DNA of 64,000 nucleotides from Eledone cirrhosa. Lineage: Eukaryota. Position 1 is the first letter of the stretch. Every line of letters starts with the position of its first letter. The stretch is taken from the NCBI GenBank assembly GCA_964016885.1, contig OZ024742.1, positions 228,966,001 through 229,030,000 on the forward strand, written 5' to 3'. The notes under the pieces are model-generated. The model was not told where the DNA came from. It did not search any database and saw only the letters and a list, made by a program, of their open reading frames with translations. Of this stretch, positions 27,970 through 41,431 are shown one piece after another. The position numbers were made by a program, and so were the translations under genes.

Positions 27970-28627
27970 ATAGATGAAAATAAAATGTAAAATGTATAAG
28001 AAAACACCATCAAAGATCGTATCTTGATTGTTTTCAATGTGAGAACGTAATTTCTTTTGCGGAAAACATGTTATAGAATATAACATACACAAGCATACAC
28101 ACACAAGCACACAAACGCACAAAGCCACACACACCTATATATATACATGTATGTACATATATATATGCTACTGATACTTGTCAAAACTCATTAACATTTC
28201 TTGCCACCTACACTTCTTTTGATTTATATTAAAGTAGGTCAAATATATTATTGTTTTCCTGAATGTAATAAGAGAAAACAAACATAATATCAATGACAAA
28301 AAAACCCTAGCTTTGGAGACAATAACGAATTGAGACGTCTCATCCATTTTAATAATAGAGCAAAAAAGGGTCAGATGAAAAATATTGTCACTCTCACCCC
28401 AAAAACAAATAAACAAACAAACAAACAAAAATAAAACAAACAACATACATACATGCGGACATAGTTTTGTGAGTTCAATTTGCGAATACGATGTTCTGGG
28501 GTTAGTCCCGCAGAGCGACATCTTAGACAGTTGCCGTTTACAGTAACCTAGGCTTGAGCAATGATTGTGAATGAACATTTGTTAGACAGAAACGTCGTAT
28601 GTATATATACATATATACACCCAAAAT

Positions 28628-28728
<101 letters not shown>

Positions 28729-28831
28729 GTGGTAGAACACAGGAAGTAATATCCGTAGTGGTAGAGCACTCAGTCCATGGGACGAGTTCGGTAGAAGTGG
28801 TTACACAAGTGGTAACACAATGGACATGGTT

Positions 28832-28953
28832 ATACTGTTCTGTTATTAATTCTGGCAATATTACACAAATATGACCCTCCCCAAGTATAACAATATTTGT
28901 TTCGACACACGATTTCATATAAAAAACCTCGCAAAACTAATTCATCGCCGTTA
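28832..28953 (+). mobile_element. Family F 3' end
   Basis: tgttctgttattaattctggcaatattacacaaatatgaccctcccaag...cctcgcaaaactaattcatcgccgtt. Confidence 0.7.
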
Positions 28954-28968
28954 TATATATATACATAG

Positions 28969-29160
28969 GAGGGCGATGGATTGGCAGTATCAGTAGAGGG
29001 TCGGGCGCCATGCTTTCCAGCATAGTTACGTCCCTTTACGATCTGAGTTCAAATCCCGCCGAGGTTGACTTTGCCTTTCATCCTTACGGGGTCGATAAAA
29101 TAAAGTAGCAGTAATGCACTGGGTAATTGCTGGCCTTGTGCCTAAAGTAGAAACAGTTAT
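28969..29160 (+). mobile_element. Full-length Nin/Deu-domain SINE
   Basis: ggcgatggattggcag head, gttcaaatcc B-box-like motif, tcatccttacggggtcgataaaa core, cctaaagtagaaac tail. Confidence 0.8.
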
Positions 29161-29180
29161 ATATATATACATATATATAT

Positions 29181-29211
<31 letters not shown>

Positions 29212-29214
29212 TAT

Positions 29215-29495
29215 CAATGATATTAAATAAATGGAAACTATATTTATAAAACGATATTTATTCTATTATATACATTTGGTACGCTCTCATCAGATAAAAT
29301 GCAAACTTTGTTTTATAAATCTTGACATAACCAGGAAAGAATAACTTAATGGTTCAAGTTTTTCCTGGATAAATATAATTTCCATTTATTTAATATCATT
29401 GAATATTATACTCCAGAAAAGCTGTCGAGTGCTTTGAATCAGTTATAAACATTGATATTTGTTGAATTACCAACAAATTGAATATCCCTTTTGCT

Positions 29496-29497
<2 letters not shown>
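29215..29497. mobile_element. Family D fold-back copy
   Basis: tcaatgatattaaataaatggaaa is inverted at about 29378-29402; ctctcatcagataaaat HHR half. Confidence 0.6.
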
Positions 29498-29526
<29 letters not shown>

Positions 29527-29527
29527 A

Positions 29528-29696
29528 GAGTCAGTACCGTTTCGACAGCTAGATCCTAAATGAGTTTCGATCTTCGAAACGGCCTGAGCTCAACCGTCGG
29601 GGTCCTGACCCGTTTCCTATTACCCACTCTACTACCCTAAGTATCGTGTATTCTGGTGCGTTATGGTCCACCTGGTTCCTTACCACACTTTCTTTG

Positions 29697-29700
<4 letters not shown>
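29528..29700 (+). mobile_element. Family B copy with short fold-back
   Basis: ccgtttcga...tcgaaacgg followed by the family B body. Confidence 0.65.
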
Positions 29701-29756
<56 letters not shown>

Positions 29757-30001
29757 ATAATAAATGTGAAGACTAAAATCCAAAGAGGGCTCGATAAGAT
29801 CCTATTAAAGGTGAAAGCAGCGATTCTTTGCTTAAATTCTAATTTGTTATTTTAATATATATATATATATATACATCGGATCTAGCAGTCGAAACGGCCG
29901 GAGCTCACCCGTCAGGGTCCTGAATCTTTTCATAATATATATATATATATATAAATAAAATACAGGAGGCTGAACTGGCTTAAATCTTTGAAAGTTTTAT
30001 T

Positions 30002-30059
30002 ATACTATGATCATTTCAATGACCGGGTTCCATATCAATCCGGTGATATCATCAGGTAT
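30002..30059 (-). ncRNA. Hammerhead-like motif
   Basis: Minus strand atac CTGATGA tatc-accgg...ccggt-catt GAAA TGATCA TA gtat; palindromic stem III. Confidence 0.65.
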
Positions 30060-30975
30060 TGGAATATAACAAAGGAATATGTAAAATACCATGGGTCCGA
30101 AAAATCAGAGACAGAGACAAAGAGGACGACTGACCAACTAGCTGCTTTCACCTCGGCCAGTCGCCCTCAATGTGGGGCAACTCAATCTACTAATGACCAT
30201 CTGGTGAGGGAGCGAAGGCTTATAATGTACTACCACCTCTCTGTCAAAGAAAAAGAAAGAAAGGAAGAAAGAAGAAAAGAGGAAGAAAGAAGTCAGCGTA
30301 AGGGTCACACTACAGTCATGCTAGAAAACGCATATATTAATTTTTTCATATATATCGTACGAGCATTTATGTAGTTTGCATTAGAATTTATGTATTATAG
30401 CGGTACTCTTACATATCGTATTAGTATTCATTTTCGTGATTCTGAATTATTATTTCGTATTAGTTTTTTTTAGTATTTTGGCCCCCTACTTGTTGACCTG
30501 TCATTGTAAGATAGATTTGGCCTATTACTACTAACTCATAAAATTCTTTCACTACAATCTCGTATTTAGTATCCCTCCCCACCTATTAAATCTTTCTATA
30601 GTTTAGCAGTACCAGTGAGAGATTTGATGATTGTGGTAGGGGAATAGTAACCAGAAATTGTGTTTTTTTTATATTTTTAACATTCTTATTTTTCTATATA
30701 GATTTACTCCATATAGATTTACTTATTGTTTCGACTTCCTCCCCCCTCCCCCTCTTGACCTCTTATCCTTAGGATTCTGCTGGGTTTCCTCCACTCCCTC
30801 TCCCTCTTTCTTCTACTGGTAAGGTCAGCTACCCCTTCCTTCCACAAAAGGCCATGATAGAATTATGTGTCTCAACAACAAACTTTTGACCAATCCTTGT
30901 GACAATCACTTTTACCATATATGGAATTACCCCCTGAGAAGCTCGGCTATTCATTTACCAGGACAAAAATTTTCA

Positions 30976-31115
30976 TTTAGTCCAGAATTAGCCGTCGAAA
31001 CGGCTTGAGCTCAGCCGTCGGGGTCCTACTCGCTCCTATTACCCACTCTACTACCCTAAGTATTGAGTACTTTGGCGCGTTATGGTCCATCTGGTTCCTT
31101 ACCACTTTTCCTTCG

Positions 31116-31118
<3 letters not shown>
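30976..31118 (+). mobile_element. Family B single-arm copy
   Basis: tttagtccagaattagccgtcgaaacgg...ttccttcgtt(at)n. Confidence 0.75.
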
Positions 31119-31189
<71 letters not shown>

Positions 31190-31194
<5 letters not shown>

Positions 31195-31671
31195 AAGTTG
31201 TAGTTCCTGTCTGTTTCTTTGTTTGTTCACGAATTCCTCCTATCCTATGGTTTTGGAGATAGATATTCTGAAACTACATTGCCCAGGGTACTTGGATAAG
31301 TATATTTCATTTTAATCAAAGGGTTCACCGGGGGCACAAACCCCCGCAGAAAAACTTTTTCCTTCGATTTATATGAAATTTAAACCATAGGTAAATGACA
31401 AGATATGATGCCTATTCACAAAAGTTTTGAATTGATACTTTGAAAAATATTATTTACAAGAAACAAAATAAGAATTAGATTTAATAATGTCATTTTGATT
31501 TGATATATTACAAAAAATGTTTTCCAATTTTTCATGCATTTCATTTTAGAATGAGTAATATTGAAATTCAGAGTTTTTCTCCATAAATCATTTCACTGAT
31601 TTAAAATCAATCATCATTTTCTTACAAAAAGAAAATGTGTGAAACGCAGCAAGGCGCAGGTAATTCGTCTA

Positions 31672-31672
<1 letters not shown>
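31190..31672 (+). mobile_element. Probable non-autonomous Helitron
   Basis: Starts tataaagttgtag..ctgtctgtt..tttgtttgtt; GC-rich subterminal segment followed by CTAG|T at 31669-31673. Confidence 0.5.
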
Positions 31673-31706
<34 letters not shown>

Positions 31707-31709
<3 letters not shown>

Positions 31710-32265
31710 TTGTCCGCCGGTATTCGCGGGAGTTACGTTCCTAGAGCACCCGTGAGCAGTAAAAAACCGCGAATATTGGATAAACGTGTACAAACGTCAA
31801 AATATGACATAAAATATAATTTATAAAAGGGATCATCTTCTGCGAAGGGCGTCCAATAGGCTGGCAAATACGGTATATTGTTATTAGTAATTTAGCGTTA
31901 ATAATTTAGGCCGGTGTTTTGGCGGTATCGGTAGAGGGCTGGACGCCATGCTTTGCAGCATAGAGTTTACTGCCCTTACAATCTGAGTTCAAAACCAGCC
32001 GAGGTTAACTCTACAGTTTATCCTTACGGGGTCGATAAAATAAAGCATACCATTAAGCATAAAGTACCATTGCTGGCCTCGTGCCAAAACTAGAAAGAAT
32101 AATTTAGCGTTTAAAAAGTATATATTGCCATGAAAAAGCCATAAAAAATTCGCAGAAGATATTTACGATTCAGCGAACAAGCGGTGGCTTCTACGAACAA
32201 TTAATAGTTAGGTCCTAAGGAAAATTCCGCGAATATACGGGAACGCGAATGCCGGTGGTACACCG
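31707..32265. mobile_element. Tigger/pogo-like MITE interrupted by a SINE
   Basis: TA-cagttgtccgccggtattcgcg versus reverse complement cggtgtaccaccggcattcgcg; internal ccgcgaata repeats. Confidence 0.65.
31912..32103 (+). mobile_element. Nin/Deu-domain SINE nested in the MITE
   Basis: Same core as 28969; taatttagcgtt occurs near both sides (possible TSD). Confidence 0.7.
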
Positions 32266-32304
32266 TCTCTCTATATATATTTATATACATACACAAATAT
32301 TACC

Positions 32305-32415
32305 TTTTAGTGGTTTCAGTCATATGGTTGCGGCCATCCTGGAGCACCGTCATAAAGTTGACCATATCGATCCTAGTGTGAATTCTTTCAAGCCTGGTAC
32401 TTATTTTATCAATGA
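32305..32415 (-). mobile_element. SINE 3' fragment (third family; also about 17405-17520)
   Basis: tttcagtcat...gcggccatcctggagcaccg...gcctggtacttattttatc. Confidence 0.5.
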
Positions 32416-32777
32416 ATAACTCAAAGACACACACATACACGCACTTATATGCGCTGGTGTATCTAAAGCTGCATGTTTTATATTGGTTTTGTATTCGTTC
32501 TAACTGAGTGCTGTTTAAGGAAATGTTAAGCATTCAAGATTATGAGATAAAGTCAAAAGAAGTTAAATAACGACATAAAAAATTTAAAACATGTAAATGC
32601 TTTACGCTTTATTTTTTATTTGTGTACTTCAAGAGATGCCTGTGTAGGCACATGAGAAGATAGATGTGTGTAGGTAGATAGCTATCCCATTATAGTAGAA
32701 TGACCCAGTCATTCTTACTCTTGACTTGGCATATAAACAGTTTTCACTTATATTTCATTTCATCCTTTGCTTGCTTA

Positions 32778-32950
32778 CCGTATTTCCCGGCGTCTAAGAA
32801 GCTACATTTCCCCCTAAAATAAGTCTAAAAAATCTACCATGCGTCCTGGAGGCCGAAGGAAGGTTGTTTATTATTTTTTTTTTTACTTTTGGTTGTCAAA
32901 ATTAGGGTGCGTCCTCGAGAACGAAGCGTCTTCGGCGCCAGGAAATATGG
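32778..32950. mobile_element. pogo-like MITE with TA target duplication
   Basis: TA-ccgtatttcccggcgtctaaga versus tcttcggcgccaggaaatatgg-TA. Confidence 0.75.
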
Positions 32951-33031
32951 TACCTTAAATTTACCTTGAACCGCACACAATTACAAAATCTACCACATCC
33001 ACACGCACACACACAGGCACACAGGCACACA

Positions 33032-33145
<114 letters not shown>

Positions 33146-33224
33146 CACATACAAAAAGATGTTACAGAGACTAGTAAGAACATTATTCAACTCAATAATT
33201 CATACTTAAGCAAAGCTGAGAGTA

Positions 33225-33277
<53 letters not shown>

Positions 33278-33432
33278 GAGAAAATGCGAAGTAGTTTCAG
33301 ATGTTAAAGTCCTTTACAGTGGCCACACGATTATGTGTATCCAGTGCCATGACCTCATCAGACAGCTTCTTATATAATAAGGTTTACGTTCCCAAGTCAA
33401 TCCATAATATATATATATATATATATCTTATA

Positions 33433-33627
33433 ATAATTGTTTCTATTTTTGACACAAGGCCAGCAATTATCCCAGTACATTACTGGGACTTTATTTTATC
33501 GACCTCGTAAGGATGAAAGGCAAAGATTACCTCGGCGAAATTTAAACTCAGATCGGAAAAGGACGTAACTCTATACTGCAAAGTAGGGCGTCCGAGCCTG
33601 TACTGATACTGCCAATCCACCACCCTT
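33433..33627 (-). mobile_element. Nin/Deu-domain SINE
   Basis: Reverse complement of the 28969 family. Confidence 0.75.
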
Positions 33628-33789
33628 ATTTAACTTATAATAATACCTGCTCAGAAACTCAATCCTGTGTCCACACATACACACACACACAAACATATAT
33701 ATAATAAAATTACACTACAAAGAATACAAAGAATTCCTAATTAATAGGATACGCGTTTCAATGGCGACATTTTGCGCCAACCAATCGGC

Positions 33790-34181
<392 letters not shown>

Positions 34182-34183
<2 letters not shown>

Positions 34184-34690
34184 TAGTTTTGCGAGGCTTT
34201 TGATATGAAATCGTGTGTCGAAACAAATATTGTTATACTTGGGGAGGGTCATATTTGCGTAATATTGCCAGAATTAATAACAGAACACTGTTTGGGTGGT
34301 TTTCGCTTTTCGCTTCTGTGTCTTTTATATCGGTAATCTAATTTATTCGGTCCTCAATGCTGCCATTGACTGACCAACGGTCAAAAACACAGATACAATA
34401 TAGACACGAACACATATATATAGTTTATCAAAGTTCTTTCGTTGCACATCTGCAACATCGTCAGTTTCCTTCCGTTGCATTGTATTTTCCACGCCATCTT
34501 TATTTAGTCTGTTTATATATTTATTTATTTGTTGATTTTATTTTGTCTTCTTTGCGCATGCGTTTGCGTGTGTGTATAGTGTTTTGTTTGTTGTGTGTTC
34601 GTGATTGGGTGACTGTGTATTGGTTAATGTATTCTATCTTTACTAGTGTGTATTTATATGTGTTTGTTGTTATTGTGCTTGTGTATGTAT

Positions 34691-34721
<31 letters not shown>

Positions 34722-34725
34722 TAAA
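34182..34725 (-). mobile_element. Family F copy with HHR (34428-34466, minus)
   Basis: Reverse-complement homolog of 24810-25205. Confidence 0.7.
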
Positions 34726-34825
34726 TAAATAAATAAATGAATAAATGACAAGGGCCATAACTCTATGCGTCAAAGCATGTCGTCCGACCCTCTACCGATA
34801 CTGCCAATCCACCGCCCTTATATAT

Positions 34826-35001
34826 AACGATGGAAATGTGGCAAGGAACCAGATGAACTATAACGCACCAAAGTACTCAATACTTAGGGTAGTAGAGTGG
34901 GTAATAGGAACATGTATGACCCGACGGCTAATTCTGGACGGCTAATTATGAGTCCAGAATTAGCCGTCGAAACGGCTCTGCCGTCGGGGTCATACTTGTT
35001 C

Positions 35002-35003
<2 letters not shown>
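34826..35003 (-). mobile_element. Family B rearranged fold-back copy
   Basis: Family B body followed by inverted gtccagaattagccgtcgaaacgg...gtcatacttgttcc. Confidence 0.65.
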
Positions 35004-35048
<45 letters not shown>

Positions 35049-35053
<5 letters not shown>

Positions 35054-35664
35054 AAAAAGCGATGAAATCGAAAATGCAACTGAAGTCTTATTTTTTTAAA
35101 AAATATATATATTTATTTGGTTCCTTTACCGGTTTCGCAGTTCTTCTGCTTTTCAAAAGGTGAGTTGAGATGGAGGGTCTGTGGTTTTTCTCACATCTGG
35201 TTGGTCTCTAAATGTTACTTGTTTTATATGGAAAAACTGGCTCGAAAACCAGGTTTTTCGAGAAGTAATTTGATTGGTTTGTCAATAATTATAATAAATT
35301 TCGCGCCAGTTCGCGTTACAATAGTTCTTCAAATAAGAGAGGGGGGGGGGGGGGGTTGTCACAGGTTGTTTTTTCATATATGAGTGTTTGAATTTCTTTT
35401 TACTTGAAAAAATGAGGCTCACAAAGGCTTTTTTTTGGTTGGTTATAAATGAAATTTGGCTGTCACGTGAACAAGTTTTCATTACATTTTTGCGCCCTTA
35501 TTTGGAAAACTATTCTGTAGTCTTTATAGTGAATGTTATGACAATGGAGAGATAGTGGTCAAGGGAAAAGGGATTGGGAGAAATGTTCTGGTTCAGTGAA
35601 TATGGCCAGCTGTCAGAGTTCACATTTTCTATTGAGACTGAAGATATGTGTTTATTTGTGTGCT

Positions 35665-35697
<33 letters not shown>

Positions 35698-36346
35698 ATG
35701 TGTGTATTGGAAGATGATTCTATTAGTAGAGATGGGGGAGGGGGAGTTGTGTGTGTGTGTATATGGGTGTTATGTGTGTGTGTGCGAGTATGTTAGATAG
35801 AGAGAATATATATTTTTTGTGTGTGTGTATATATATATGTGTGTAGGAAAGTGGTTCTATTAGTAGAAATGGGGAGGGTGTTGTAGGTGTGGGGGTTTTT
35901 ATATGTGTGTAAAAAAAGCCTTCGTGAGCCTCATTTTTTCAAGTAAAAAGAAATTCAAACACTCATATATGAAAAAAACAACCTGTGACAACCCCCCCCT
36001 CTTATTTGAAGAACTATTGTAACGCGAACTGGCGCAAAATTTATTATAATTATTGACAAACCAATCAAATTACTTCTCGAAAAACCTGGTTTTCGAGCCA
36101 GTTTTTCCATATAAAACAAGTAACATTTAGAGACCAACCAGATGTGAGAAAAACCACAGACCCTCCATCTCAACTCACCTTTTGAAAAGCAGAAGAACTG
36201 CGAAACCGGTAAAGGAACCAAATAAATATATATATTTTAAAAAAAAATAAGACTTCAGTTGCATTTTCGATTTCATCCCTTTTTCTTTATACTTCCACTC
36301 GTGTAGGACACCTCGGTTATTTTTCATTTTGTAAAAAAAACCTCAC

Positions 36347-36353
<7 letters not shown>
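35049..36353. mobile_element. Probable PLE 3' fragment with long inverted arms (35049-35433 and 35912-36290)
   Basis: Mirror ORFs 35117-35383(+) and 35955-36221(-); HHR variant in each arm; flanked by (TA)n. Confidence 0.65.
36178..36215 (+). ncRNA. Minimal hammerhead with U3:A8 core (mirror at 35123-35160 on minus)
   Basis: cctt TTGAAAA gcag-aagaa-ctgc GAAA CCGG TA aagg. Confidence 0.65.
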
Positions 36354-36394
<41 letters not shown>

Positions 36395-36395
<1 letters not shown>

Positions 36396-36805
36396 AAAGT
36401 TCTATTTAAACTGTTGGGATACAACAAGCAAATATTTTTATAACTGATATAAAGCACTCAACAAATATTTGGAGTAAAATTACGATATTAACAAATGGAA
36501 ACTATATTTATAAAACCATATTTATTTCATTATACATATTTCAAGGACACCAAGTTAAATTATGGTGTGCTTTCATCAGATAAAATATAATATTGAGCAG
36601 TTTATAAATAAATATTGACATACCCTTAAAGAATGCAACCATTACTGTTGGAAGCTCCCGGATAGTGGAGTTATAACTTTAATTATATTATTAGGTAAGT
36701 TAGTATTGGATATTTTTAAATAAGCCGTTGGGTTACGGAGAAAGAGAAAGAGAGAGAAAGAGCAGAACAACAGAGAGAAAAAGATAGAGAGAGAGGAGAC
36801 AGAAG
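36395..36805 (-). mobile_element. Family D copy with HHR (about 36529-36586, minus)
   Basis: Homologous to 20595-21000. Confidence 0.6.
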
Positions 36806-36868
<63 letters not shown>

Positions 36869-36886
36869 TATAAATATATATATATA

Positions 36887-37038
<152 letters not shown>

Positions 37039-37087
37039 TATATATTCCTTTCCTGAATACTGAGCAGGTATTATTATAAGGTAAATA

Positions 37088-37250
37088 AGGCTGGTGCATT
37101 GGCAGTATCGGTAGAGGGTCGGACACCATACTTTGCAGCATAGAGTTACGTCACTTTCCGGTCTGAATTTAAATTTCGCCGAGGTAATCTTTGCCTTTCA
37201 TCCTTATGAGGCCGATAAAATAAAGTACCCGTAATGCACTGGGATAATTG
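37088..37250 (+). mobile_element. Nin/Deu-domain SINE
   Basis: ttggcagtatcggtagagggtcggac...gcctttcatccttatgaggccgataaaataaagtacc. Confidence 0.75.
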
Positions 37251-37909
37251 TTCCAGATTCTTTGTTTGAAATTAAAATATATAAATCTAACTTGCTGAAT
37301 GTTAGTGAATAATAGAACATGAGGCATTATTTATCCCTTTGTTTTAAGATTGATAACAGTCTTAATCGAATATGCGCCTTTGAAGCTAATATAAAAAAAA
37401 AAAATGCTTTTTAATAGATAGTAAGACGGGGGGTATCGGTAACGTCAGTCTTTTGGATTTTGTGGTAGTGATGAAGAAACCGTGACGTCACTGTTTTCAG
37501 TGAAGCTAACGTCGAAAGCAGACGTGAGAATATAACTGCTCATAATCGTAAAACTGAAAGACGAAATAACGGCTGCCTTTTTATATCTACTCATTCAAAC
37601 TTGAGGAAGGAAATCGCCGTGGAAATATTAATATTGATTGTATGGATAAAATATAATTAATTAAAGTGTGAATAGGATATATTAATTTAACAATTGAAAA
37701 AAGAAAATGAGAAAATTTTGCTATCAATATTTGGTGGATCTTTGTGTTATTGTTCCTCTTCTAATTTTTTAATATATTATTTGTGTTATCTGGTGTGAAA
37801 TTTCTGTTACTTCGTAAAAAAACACTTTTATTAATGTAATTAATCAATGCTATGATGTAAAGAAGTGCCTGCTGTTTTGGGTTATTGTTATATCATCGGT
37901 GTTGGATAC

Positions 37910-38070
37910 AGCATGGCCGAATAGTTAAAAAGTTAGGAAATCATAAAGTTACAGGCTCGATCCCACTGCGTGGCATATTGTGCAAGTGTCATTTACTATA
38001 GACTCTGCTTGACCCATGCTTTAATACTGAAATTTGGTAGACTGAAACTGTTCGGAAGCCCGTCGGATGG
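37910..38070 (+). mobile_element. tRNA-derived SINE (second family)
   Basis: tggccgaatagtt A-box-like, ggctcgatccc B-box-like, gcaagtgtc...gaaactgttcggaagcccgtcg. Confidence 0.6.
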
Positions 38071-38195
38071 ACTGTACCTGTAATTTATAAGACCATCCTT
38101 GTCATTCAGTGCGTCAGGTTGAATCTCTCCGAGAATTACGTTAAAGGTACACGTGCAAACTGTTCCGTTGATCGAACAACTCTTGTCTTGTGACG

Positions 38196-38435
38196 CTAAA
38201 CTCCACCAGTTGCAGACTGCACATCAACATGTGAAACCTCTCTACACGAAGTTCGATCGCCAGCAGTAGAGTTCAAAGAGCAAAGATCAAGTCCAGTCCA
38301 TAAATTGACATTGTCAAGCCATCGTTTTGGCTGCCATCCCCTGTTTCTCTTAACAGCCAACCTTCCTTTCAGGCATAACCTACTGACACCATGAGTTGAT
38401 CTTTTTATATGGACGTATAGTTTGATCGAACAACT
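38196..38435 (-). pseudogene. RTE-clade LINE ORF C-terminal remnant
   Basis: HI.RS....L.G....KR.RG....RWLD.V..WTG..L..L...A.DR...R motif. Confidence 0.7.
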
Positions 38436-39070
38436 AAAAAACATAAATTGCCAAAATCGATGGAAGTCCATTATATCATCGGTTATCACCCTGATAACTA
38501 AGATATACGTCTTCCCCCACTATCATAAAAATATCCAAGAAACATCACAGCAGGTCAGATAAAACTGTAGATGGAATGCCGTAACAAGAAAAACAAAAAC
38601 TGAAACAAGAAAATCAATTTCACTAAGCAATTCATTTATTTGTTACGTTAATAAAACTACAGTTGCCTCATATTCTTTTTTTTGCCAGGTACCATTGATG
38701 TCCTCCGACCCGAAGTGTCTGAGAGGAGTGGAAGATAATTAAACACTAGGTTTTGACTAACCGTTTCCTTTTTGTGTCGGTCGCTATCGAGACCTCCAAT
38801 GTCCACGGTTTTCGCACTGCCGTTTTAAGCCACAAAATCGAAAATACGGCATCTCGCCAGAGTAAAGAGTCACACGAGTCTCATGAAACATGCAGCGAGT
38901 ATCGCTGGCTGTGCTGTCCGTGGCTGTGCTTCAGCTATTTCGTCTGCACTGTGCAGACATAATGGCGCCCAGCCAATGACGTAGAGTTTGTCTCCTCCCT
39001 TTCACACTTACCCATTTATTTATATATTTTCGTTCTCTCCTAACTTTTCTTTCTTTCCATATTTGTAAAT

Positions 39071-39250
39071 ATAATTGTTTCTACTTTTGGCACAAGGCCA
39101 GCAATTACCCAGTGCATTACTGGTACTTTATTTTATCGACCCCGTAAGGATGAAAGGCAAAGTTAACCTCGACGGGATTTGAACTCAGATCGTAAAAGGA
39201 CGTAACCATGCTGGGCGTCCGATCCTCTACCGATACTGACAATTCACCGT
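39071..39250 (-). mobile_element. Nin/Deu-domain SINE
   Basis: Reverse complement of the 28969 family. Confidence 0.78.
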
Positions 39251-39701
39251 AAATATAATACGACGACATATGAAATTTTGATTCATTAAAGTATCCCTTT
39301 TCGTTTTGACTGCTGTAAAGAAACTTTCATTTTACAAATGACAAAAATGTTGAAATTCCCATCTGTAAATAAAATCTCCCAAGAAAATAGAAAGTCAGGA
39401 ATTTTGGAATATGGTAAGATTTCCTTCTCTCGAATGTGTCTGCCTTTCAATCAGTTTCTGATTCAGCTTTTATCTGAATAACTAATCCATTAAGAAGATA
39501 ACCAAATCCTTCACTAGAAACCTTATTTAGAATTTGAAAAATCTAGGAAACACCAGAGATACTGGATTTTGTATTTAGTATTGAAATAACTGAAAACAAA
39601 AATATTGTATGTATATATATATATATATATATATATAGCTATAATTATATCCCTATCTCTCTCACTCTCTCTCTTTCGTCGTCTCTCTCTCTCTATCCAT
39701 G

Positions 39702-39772
<71 letters not shown>

Positions 39773-39919
39773 ATATCTCTATATATGTATATATATAGGA
39801 AAATGTTCAAGACCGCGACAACAGAGCTCAAGCCGTTTCGACGGCTATATCACGCATTAACCTAATATATCCCTTCCATATACTGTACCGATTGTGTTGT
39901 TATTTCTGTTTACCTATAT

Positions 39920-39958
<39 letters not shown>

Positions 39959-40059
39959 GCAGAAGAAACCTTTTTCCAAGAGATGTTATATTTAATATGT
40001 TTGTCTTTGAAGGACCATATGAGTTCTGAGAGAGCCGTGTTGGTTCTTCTGCTTCCCTA

Positions 40060-41365
40060 CTTGAACAGTTCTCTATCCATGACTTGCAATCTCTGTCTAA
40101 ATGAAAAATTTACCATTATATCTAATTTAGATTCTATAATAAATAGACGCACTGACTTGTTTTCTCTCTGCTTGCATAAATTCCACAGAACATTCCATAA
40201 AGTATACAGCTAATATCCAATACTTTATCAATTTAGAATCCTTTTCTCAAAGGCACATATTTATATATATACTTCTTTAAAAATATACCCATCTTTCTAC
40301 CTTATTTCAAAGTTATTTATTATACATTATATAATACTTGTTACTCATTCTATATCACTCCTATTTATCACTTCCCTTTCTTCCTTTTCCTTTTCTTTTC
40401 TTTTTCTTTTAATTTCTAACCCCTAATCTGTACCTTTTCTCACTATGCCTAACATAGAAACAATTATTACACAATACAATATATTCTTACTTTATATCAC
40501 CTTGAAAAAATCCTTCGTAAACATAAACACATTTTTTTGACGTTAGATTATTCATCCTCAATTCATTATTTTTTTCTCCTTTTCATCTAACTTATTCATG
40601 CTCATCCCACAATATATCCTTACTTACATTACTTTTGTTTTTTTAATAATACATATCAACATTTTCTTTCCATCGCACATATTATTAAACCCTTAAATAT
40701 TATTCTTAATACATATTAACTTTTTCTTTCCATCGCACATATTATTAAACCCTTAAATAATATTCTTAATACATATTAACAATTTCTTTTCATCGCACAT
40801 ATTATTAAACCCTTCAATATACAAACCTTAACTTTACATTATTTTTCTCTTCGTTAATTTTCAAATTCTTTTAATTTATACATTATCTTCCAACGGTTTT
40901 TCAACCTCTCTATGTAAAACAATATATTTTTCTCAGTTATAAAAGCTATCTCTCTCACTCTATCACCCATCTCTCCTCCTATCTCATCCTTCCTCATTAT
41001 ACTCCTCCCCCTCCACTTTTTACTCTCATCTCCTCCTCTTTTTAACCCCCCCCCCCCGACCACAATTTTTTTTTTTTTCCCAATATCACACATCAATCTA
41101 AAACTACTTTTCATATGTTGATTTAAAACTGCACTATTCACAAGTGTTTTTTAACCTTCATATCATGTCTCCCTATTTTATCTGATGAAAACACAAATAT
41201 TATTGCATGATGTCATGATCTTTCTTGAAAACATCCACGTCCGCAACATTCATATCTCTCAAATCTCTTGGCAGCTTGTTGAAGAGTTGGGGGCCTTTGA
41301 AACCCCGGCTATTGCAATACCTGCTCCTTATTCTCCCTCTCCCCCCCCTCTCTCTCTATATATAT
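40060..41365 (+). mobile_element. Penelope-like 3' fragment (GIY-YIG C-terminus plus long AT-rich 3'UTR)
   Basis: CNLCLNEKFTII....IINRRTDLFSLCLHK in ORF 39983-40213; UTR extent inferred. Confidence 0.6.
40645..40818. repeat. 60-bp tandem repeat, about 3 units
   Basis: catcgcacatattattaaaccctt starts at 40671, 40731 and 40791. Confidence 0.9.
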
Positions 41366-41370
41366 AGTTA

Positions 41371-41431
<61 letters not shown>

